Shown here piece by piece: positions 26,325 through 32,000 of a stretch of 32,000 nt of DNA. Source of the stretch: Ignicoccus hospitalis KIN4/I (GTDB taxonomy: Archaea > Thermoproteota > Thermoprotei_A > Sulfolobales > Ignicoccaceae); assembly GCF_000017945.1 (NCBI RefSeq), contig NC_009776.1, forward strand, positions 270,001 through 302,000. Direction: 5' to 3'. Within the stretch, counting starts at the first letter, position 1. Each line of letters begins with the position of its first letter. The translations under genes were made by a program, and so were the position numbers. Under the pieces are notes generated by a model, which was not told the origin of the DNA, did no database searches, and was given only the letters and a program-made list of their open reading frames with translations.

Positions 26325-27136
26325 AGTTTCACTCCCATTAGCTCGACCCCCCTCCGGGGGAAGCTCGCCAGCAAGGGGCCGAACTCGGAGCCTATCCTCT
26401 CGCACTCCTCAACTATCTCCTTCAACCTCTTCAATACCCCCTCCTTCCCGGCCTCCTTCAACCACTCCCTAAACAGCTTGGCGGAGAAGCTGGCGTCGCC
26501 CTCCACGTCCTTCAAGTCGTCAGCTATTTGGTAGGCCTTACCCAACAAGAAGCCGTACCTCCAGAGGCCCTCCAGCCTCTCCTCCTCCCCCGCGGCCAAG
26601 CCGCCCAAATAAGCTGAGAGGGCAAACATGGAGGCGGTCTTGGCCTCTATTATAGCTTCGTAAGCTTCCACTCCCTTGCCCTCCGGGGGGCCGTGGACGT
26701 CCCAGACCTCCCCCTTGCTCACCTCCCACCACACTTCCACAACTTTGTCAATTGCCCTCTTCCCGTACCTCTTAACCAACATTATAGCGTGGGGAATTAA
26801 CAAGTTACTCACCATTACGGTATTGGCGACCCCCTTGGCTACCCAAGCGCTGGGCCTCCCGCGCCTAACGAAGTCCAAGTCTATTATGTCGTCTATTGAG
26901 AGGGAGCTCGCGTGGACCAGCTCCAGCGCCAGGGCGGCCGGCAAGGCGTCCTCCGGGTTCCCCCCTAAGGCCTCGTTGACCAGCATGACCAGCGCTCCCC
27001 TGAGCCTCTTCCCCCCGTTCACTATGTACTTCGCTACGTTTATCACCCTCTCCTCGTAAGTATTTTTGATAAGTTCCTCTAACTCTTTGTCAATTATATT
27101 TCTCCACTTTTCGAGCGCTCGCTGTATTTCGTTCAC
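26321..27136 (-). CDS. Polyprenyl (geranylgeranyl) diphosphate synthase family protein
   Basis: 271 aa, GTG start; GGKRLRGALVML, LVHASSLSIDDIID, second acidic region YQIADDLKDVEG. Confidence 0.88.
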   Translation of the reverse strand: MNEIQRALEKWRNIIDKELEELIKNTYEERVINVAKYIVNGGKRLRGALVMLVNEALGGNPEDALPAALALELVHASSLSIDDIIDLDFVRRGRPSAWVAKGVANTVMVSNLLIPHAIMLVKRYGKRAIDKVVEVWWEVSKGEVWDVHGPPEGKGVEAYEAIIEAKTASMFALSAYLGGLAAGEEERLEGLWRYGFLLGKAYQIADDLKDVEGDASFSAKLFREWLKEAGKEGVLKRLKEIVEECERIGSEFGPLLASFPRRGVELMGVKL

Positions 27137-27563
27137 TGAAGCCTACCCTCCGAGGGGCTGGGGCGATGGAAATAAGGAGTTGGTCGCCGGGCGGTACACA
27201 GAGATATTACTTACCTGCAGGAACCCCTACCCGGGGAAGGCCGTGGACTTCCTCGTCGCGTTCTTCTACAGCGACTACTGCCCCACTTGCGACGACGTGA
27301 GGCCCCACTGGGAGGAGTTCGTGGAGCTCCACAGGGGGGAGGGAACGTTCATCAGGATAAAGAAGAGCCCGGAGACCGCGAAGCTCTTCAAGAGCTTGGG
27401 GGTAAGCTGGGTCCCCACCGTGGTCTTCTATCACGACGACAAGGAAGTCAAGAGGATAGAGGGCTTCTTCACGCTCTCTGACCTCGAGCGGGCAATGAGG
27501 CGCTTCCTCTCGAGGGTTTCGGCGCGTACTTCTCCCAGAGCTTGCTCACCACAGAAAGCCTGA
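27066..27563 (+). CDS. Thioredoxin-like protein (true start uncertain, probably around 27180)
   Basis: FLVAFFYSDYCPTCDDVRPHWEEFVELH, SLGVSWVPTVVFYHDDKEVKRIEGFFTLSDLERAM; CPTC active site and cis-Pro context. Confidence 0.75.
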   Translation: MISSSNSLSIIFLHFSSARCISFTEAYPPRGWGDGNKELVAGRYTEILLTCRNPYPGKAVDFLVAFFYSDYCPTCDDVRPHWEEFVELHRGEGTFIRIKKSPETAKLFKSLGVSWVPTVVFYHDDKEVKRIEGFFTLSDLERAMRRFLSRVSARTSPRACSPQKA

Positions 27564-28623
27564 ACTCCCCCAAGACGCCGTAGAGCTCCCTCAAGGCCAC
27601 GAGCCCGGAGTACCAGAGCGCCTCGGCCCTCAGCGGAGGGGACGAGTGAAGCGCCATAGCTACCTTAAACGCCAACCCCTCCAGGGGGTTGAGCTTGACC
27701 GAGTGCCAAGGCTCCGACCAACCCCTCTTAAAGTACTCCTCCAAGTCGAATACGTTCAAGTGAGCTGCTCCTCCTACCAAACTGAAAGAGCTCACTCCCA
27801 AGCCCAAGAATTCCTCCGCGCGAGCTACGTACTCGTCGACCATGGCCTCTGTCTTAGAGAAGGTCCAAGCGTTCTGCCTAACGAACCCCCTCTTGGAGGC
27901 CTCCCTCACTATCCTCTGGTAGTTCTGGAAGCACAGCCTCTCTCCCTCCGGCCCTCTCTTGGGGAAGGGCATGAGCGGGTAGAAGGTCACTTGGTCGGCT
28001 CCGCACTCCAAGGCCTTAACCGCGTCGGGGGTGGGGTCCTCCAAGCCCCACACCACGTCCACGTTAAAGGTCTTGAACTTCTTAGATTTTAAAATTTCTA
28101 TTGCGAGCTCGTTAGTTTCGGGGGAGACTGGCCTCCCGAGCTTTTTCAACCCTTCCGGGGAGAAGCTCTGAACCCCCATGCTCACCCTCGTTACCTTCTT
28201 CGGGTCCAAGTGTTCTGCGGCCCCCAAGAAGGCCACGTCCACTGGGTGGACCTCTACGGAGATCTGGGGCCTCCAGAGGGACCATACCAGATCCACCAGC
28301 TCCCCTAAGGCTTCCGGCTTGGAGGATGGCGACCCCCCGCCGACGTAGACCTCCACCGCCTCAACTCCGCTGGAGTGAGCCTCCTCCACGTCCTTAATCA
28401 ACTTCTTGAAGTACTTAGAAGCCAAGTCCTCGGAGTAGGGAAACCGGACGAAGTGGCAGAACTTGCAGAGGGACCTACAAAACGGCACGTGTAAGTATAG
28501 GGAAACCCTCCCTTCCGGCCTCATGGGGGTCCCGGGGGAGGATAGGAGCTTCCTCAACCAAGCCTCGCTCCACCTCCTCGAGAGCTCCGCGAGAGCGCTG
28601 AAGGCTCTCCACAACGCTACCAT
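27469..28623 (-). CDS. HemN/HemW-like radical SAM protein
   Basis: 384 aa; VSLYLHVPFCRSLCKFCHF, EVYVGGGSPSSKPEALGELV, VSMGVQSFSPEGLKKLGR, FNVDVVWGLEDPT. Confidence 0.85.
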   Translation of the reverse strand: MVALWRAFSALAELSRRWSEAWLRKLLSSPGTPMRPEGRVSLYLHVPFCRSLCKFCHFVRFPYSEDLASKYFKKLIKDVEEAHSSGVEAVEVYVGGGSPSSKPEALGELVDLVWSLWRPQISVEVHPVDVAFLGAAEHLDPKKVTRVSMGVQSFSPEGLKKLGRPVSPETNELAIEILKSKKFKTFNVDVVWGLEDPTPDAVKALECGADQVTFYPLMPFPKRGPEGERLCFQNYQRIVREASKRGFVRQNAWTFSKTEAMVDEYVARAEEFLGLGVSSFSLVGGAAHLNVFDLEEYFKRGWSEPWHSVKLNPLEGLAFKVAMALHSSPPLRAEALWYSGLVALRELYGVLGEFRLSVVSKLWEKYAPKPSRGSASLPARGQRA

Positions 28624-28679
28624 CGACTCTTTCCCGTCCGGTCGGTTTAGATAACTGTGATTGACCAGAAAGTTAGGGC

Positions 28680-30146
28680 TCAGCCCAAGAAACCCCTCAT
28701 CTCGGCGAGCTCCATTACTATTGCCTTTGCTCTGCTCACTTCCGCCTCGTCCAGAGCGCCCCTAAGCTCCCTCAGCTTCTCGAAGTACCCCTCCGGCGGG
28801 GACTTGGGGGGCTCCACGTTAGCGAAGTACTCCTTGACTACGTCCACATCCTTCTTTATTATTTCGAAAGTTTTCTCGTCCACGTACCTCTTGAATACTT
28901 CCAAGTCTGTGAAGGCGTAGTCGAAGGCGAAGTCTTTGGGGAGCAAGGGCACGAACTTTAACAAGTGTTCCAGCTTCTCAGCCGTGCCGGAGGCGAGCTC
29001 CTCTATCACTCCGGCCCCTATGAGCGTCGGCCCGAGGCCCATGGAGTACAGCGAGGCGCAGAACCTTATCGCCCTGGGCATTTCCTTACCGGTCTTAGCC
29101 CTCCTCTTGTAGCTGTCGAGCCTCGCCCTCGTCCGAGTCACGAACTTCGCCATGAATGATATCATGTCAGCCAGCCTCTCCAGCCTAGACAAGTAGACCT
29201 CGCTGGCCCTCCACGCCACGTTCACCATCTCTTTGGCGTACCCCAGCAGCTCTAGGGGAGGCTGTTTGCCAGAGTTCTTGGTCACTACGGTAATTGTATG
29301 TACGTAGTCCTTCCTGTCCGTGTTGAAACGGAGGGCCGACTGCACGGTGGCAGTATAATAGCCCCTCCAAGCCTCTACCCAGTCCTCTATCACCCACTCC
29401 GCCATGTGTCCCCTCAACGGGGGCTTGCCCATACCGATTATCGGGTAGACCTTGAACATAGTGTCCTTTTGCCAGTTCCAGAGCTTCAGCAAGCCCATCC
29501 TAACCCCTATAGAGCTGGCTATGTGGCCGGAGTGTATTCCAGAGTCGCTCTTGCCCATGAAAATTCTGAACTCATTCTCAAACATACCTATCTCCTTGAT
29601 GAAAGCTATCCTCAAGCCTTCCACTATCTCGTCTATATGCATGTGGGATTCGGCCGTCTCGAAGAGCGGGATCAGCTTGATCCATTCCTCTATACGTAAC
29701 GAGAACTCTTCGGAGACCAGCCTTTCCACCTTCAGTATCCTCCTCTGCACCTCGGCCAGCTCGAGGGTTGAGGTGGACATTGGGAGTATGATGTACTTTA
29801 TCGCGTCTGTGTTGAAGTACATCTGGGAATACATGTTAGCGGTCACGGCGGCGGTTATGGCCAACAGGTGGCGGTCCTTGTCCTCTAATTTGGGGTTGGG
29901 CACTCTAGGAGTTATCAAGAAGTCCTCTCCCGGAACCACGTCGTACTTCCTCACTTCCTCTATTATGTCCCTCATCTGGTTGTAGGGTGTCGCCTTGCCC
30001 TCGTAGTCCACCATCTTCTCGTCGCAGCCCCTCCCGCCTTGGTCCAGCGGGAGGACGTCTTGGATTGCTTCCTCCACCTCGTCTTGCGGCATGAGGACTA
30101 CTGTGCTGTCTGGGTGCTGGGTGGCCATCAGCTTGGGAACCTTCAC
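28680..30146 (-). CDS. ppcA: Archaeal-type phosphoenolpyruvate carboxylase
   Basis: 488 aa; KVPKLMATQHPDST, YEGKATPYNQ, MPMSTSTLELAEVQRR-like region, FRIFMGKSDSGIHSGHIASSIGVRMGL, PPLRGHM. Confidence 0.93.
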   Translation of the reverse strand: MKVPKLMATQHPDSTVVLMPQDEVEEAIQDVLPLDQGGRGCDEKMVDYEGKATPYNQMRDIIEEVRKYDVVPGEDFLITPRVPNPKLEDKDRHLLAITAAVTANMYSQMYFNTDAIKYIILPMSTSTLELAEVQRRILKVERLVSEEFSLRIEEWIKLIPLFETAESHMHIDEIVEGLRIAFIKEIGMFENEFRIFMGKSDSGIHSGHIASSIGVRMGLLKLWNWQKDTMFKVYPIIGMGKPPLRGHMAEWVIEDWVEAWRGYYTATVQSALRFNTDRKDYVHTITVVTKNSGKQPPLELLGYAKEMVNVAWRASEVYLSRLERLADMISFMAKFVTRTRARLDSYKRRAKTGKEMPRAIRFCASLYSMGLGPTLIGAGVIEELASGTAEKLEHLLKFVPLLPKDFAFDYAFTDLEVFKRYVDEKTFEIIKKDVDVVKEYFANVEPPKSPPEGYFEKLRELRGALDEAEVSRAKAIVMELAEMRGFLG

Positions 30147-30239
30147 CGTCCCTACCTCTAGCGGGCCTTGTGTAAATGTGGGTATATATCCACTGCTTCA
30201 GCGGCTATAACCGCTCCGACGGAGGGCGAGGGGGAGCGC

Positions 30240-31523
30240 TTGAGGATAACGGAAGAGGCCTTGGAGGTGGTGAAACACTACCCCCTATGCGACCACTGCT
30301 TGGGCTCCTTGTTCGCCAGGCTGGGCAAGGGCTTGGGGAACGAGCACAGGGGAGAAGCCATAAGAAGAGTAATTATCATGGAGTTGGATAGAATGGTCAG
30401 AGAAGGGGAAATAAAAAAGGAGGAGGCAGAAAAGATAATGAGTAACTTCGATTCTGACGAGGTGGAGGAGCTGGCTAAGAACATGGGCTACTCCGTCCGG
30501 AGGAGGAGCTGTTACGTCTGCGGGGGCAAGTGGAGGGAGCTGGTGGAGGAGTGGAGTAAGAAGGTAGTAGACGCCTTGAAGGAGTACGAGTTCGACACGT
30601 TCTTGGTGGGCTGTTCGGACTGCGGGGGAATGGTCGAGAGGCAGAGGGAGATAATAAGCGCCTTTAGGCTCCCGTACGCCGAGAGCGTGAAGAACTCGCT
30701 GAAGAGGGAAGTGGGCAAGAGGGTCAAGGAGCTCCTCGGAAAGGAGCCGGACTTCGAGGACCCGCACGTGGTCGCAATAATGAACTTGAGGGAGGACAAG
30801 GTAGACTTACAAATAAAGCCCGTGTTTATATACGGCATATACAAGAAGAAGGCGAGGAACGTCTCCCAGAGCGAGTGGAAGTACCCGTATTCGGTGGAGA
30901 GGGCGGTTAGGAAGGCCCTATCCCCCTTCGGAGGGGAGGTGGTCCTCCACGCCTCCGGGAGGGAGGACGTGGACGTGAGGGCCTTGGGGACGGGCAGACC
31001 CTTCGTGGCGGAGGTGAAGAGGCCTAAGAGGAGGAGGCTCCCGGTAGAGGGCTCGGAGTACGAGGACGAGCTGGTGTGGCTCAGGTTCGAGCGCTACGTG
31101 AACCGCGACTGGGTACAGAGGGTGAAGGGCGACGAGTCCAAGAAGGAGAAGGTCTACTTGGCCTTGGTTTACGTGCCCGAAGGCGTGGACGAGGGGGACT
31201 TGAGGGCCCTAGAGGAGTTCTTCGAGGACGTGACGATAAAGCAGAGGACGCCCAAGAGGGTGCTCCACAGGAGGGCGGACGTGGTGAGGGAGAGGAAGGT
31301 GTACTGGGTCAAGGCAAGGAAGCTCAACGACAAGTCCTTCGAGGCCCTCATAAAGGCCCAAGGGGGCCTCTACATAAAGGAGCTGGTGAGCGGGGACGAG
31401 GGGAGGACCGAACCCTCCTTCAGCTCCTTCTTAGGGAAGGAAGCGACCTGCGCGAGCTTGGACGTTGTCTGGGTCTCCTTGCCACAGGCCGAGCTTCGAG
31501 GCGGAGGAGAGGAGCGCGGATAG
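30240..31523 (+). CDS. pus10: tRNA pseudouridine synthase Pus10
   Basis: Track ORF begins 30168; TTG 30240 (LRITEEALEVVKHYPLCDHCLGSLFARLGKGLGNEHRGEAIR) fits better. CYVCGGKW..CSDCGG, GREDVDVRALGTGRPFVAEVKRPKRR, YIKELVSGDEGRTEPS. Confidence 0.9.
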   Translation: MRITEEALEVVKHYPLCDHCLGSLFARLGKGLGNEHRGEAIRRVIIMELDRMVREGEIKKEEAEKIMSNFDSDEVEELAKNMGYSVRRRSCYVCGGKWRELVEEWSKKVVDALKEYEFDTFLVGCSDCGGMVERQREIISAFRLPYAESVKNSLKREVGKRVKELLGKEPDFEDPHVVAIMNLREDKVDLQIKPVFIYGIYKKKARNVSQSEWKYPYSVERAVRKALSPFGGEVVLHASGREDVDVRALGTGRPFVAEVKRPKRRRLPVEGSEYEDELVWLRFERYVNRDWVQRVKGDESKKEKVYLALVYVPEGVDEGDLRALEEFFEDVTIKQRTPKRVLHRRADVVRERKVYWVKARKLNDKSFEALIKAQGGLYIKELVSGDEGRTEPSFSSFLGKEATCASLDVVWVSLPQAELRGGGEERG

Positions 31524-32000
31524 CACCCTTTCGTCCCTCCCGAAGAACAGGTTGCCCACCACGCTCACCTCGTCCGTGGGGAAGGACTCGTAAACCTCCG
31601 GCACGGGGACGCCGGCCCTCTTGATAATCAAGTAGGCCCCGGCGACGTCCACGTTCCTTATCTTGTTCCTAACGTCCACGAGCGCCAACAGCTTCCCCCT
31701 CGCGACGTTTACCATGTCGAGCGCTATGGCCCCTGGCACCCTTACCTTGGGCCTTCCCAAGAGCTTCCTCAGCTCTACTAAGTACTTGCTCTGCCTCTCG
31801 TCCTCGGGCTCGCCGTAGAATACCAACACCTTCTCCGGGGCCCCGGGAATAACCTCGCCCTCCCCGGAGTAGGCCTTGTCGGAGGCGGAGTAGCAAGGGT
31901 GCCCGAAGCCCGGGCAGACGGCCGAGGCCACCAAGGTTGAGAAGTCCTCCCCCTCGGCTATGGCCACGCTCACCGCCCAGTGGGGGGAGCCCACGGCGTA
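31431..32000 (-). CDS. Inositol monophosphatase / FBPase family protein, partial (start lies beyond the right edge)
   Basis: YAVGSPHWAVSVAIAE (IMPase-like), RVPGAIALDMVNVARGKLLALVDVRNKIRNVDVAGAYLIIKRAGVPV. The frame stays open to position 32000, so the GTG at 31994 is probably internal. Confidence 0.75.
   Translation of the reverse strand, partial: YAVGSPHWAVSVAIAEGEDFSTLVASAVCPGFGHPCYSASDKAYSGEGEVIPGAPEKVLVFYGEPEDERQSKYLVELRKLLGRPKVRVPGAIALDMVNVARGKLLALVDVRNKIRNVDVAGAYLIIKRAGVPVPEVYESFPTDEVSVVGNLFFGRDERVLSALLSSASKLGLWQGDPDNVQARAGRFLP

Noticed and set aside
30168-30239. N-terminal 24-aa extension of the track Pus10 ORF (MCKCGYISTASAAITAPTEGEGER).
   Set aside because: It does not resemble Pus10; a TTG start at 30240 with a purine-rich upstream stretch is more plausible.

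Overview
This is a gene-dense, GC-rich window from a thermophilic crenarchaeon. Gene content and style suggest a Desulfurococcales/Ignicoccus-like organism, but that is inference and no database was consulted. Most of it is housekeeping: CcmF-like heme lyase, M20 peptidase, pantoate kinase, HhH-GPD glycosylase, Trm5, aIF2-gamma, HemB, PyrG, PurE, Endo V, GGPP synthase, archaeal PEP carboxylase and Pus10. The main accessory region is about 12.6-21.0 kb. It holds a relatively AT-rich, incomplete-looking type III-B (Cmr) CRISPR locus: csx1 (CARF-HEPN), cmr4, an orphan 75-aa ORF, cmr2/cas10 with intact HD and GGDD motifs, and cmr3. These are followed by tRNA-Gly(GCC), a degraded ORF and a 6-repeat/5-spacer array with alternating 26-nt repeat variants. 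No cmr1, cmr5 or cmr6 is recognisable in the window. Other points worth a second look: (i) a secreted-protein gene whose signal peptide lies in a different frame from its body, with a textbook A-AAG-GGG slippery heptamer just before the stop; (ii) a thioredoxin-cytochrome c-CcdA fusion next to ccmF; (iii) a candidate C/D box sRNA upstream of aIF2-gamma; (iv) a peptide-modifying-like radical SAM gene coupled to an orphan 114-aa ORF; (v) tandem membrane-protein paralogs; (vi) a pyrG with no canonical start codon at the conserved N-terminus.
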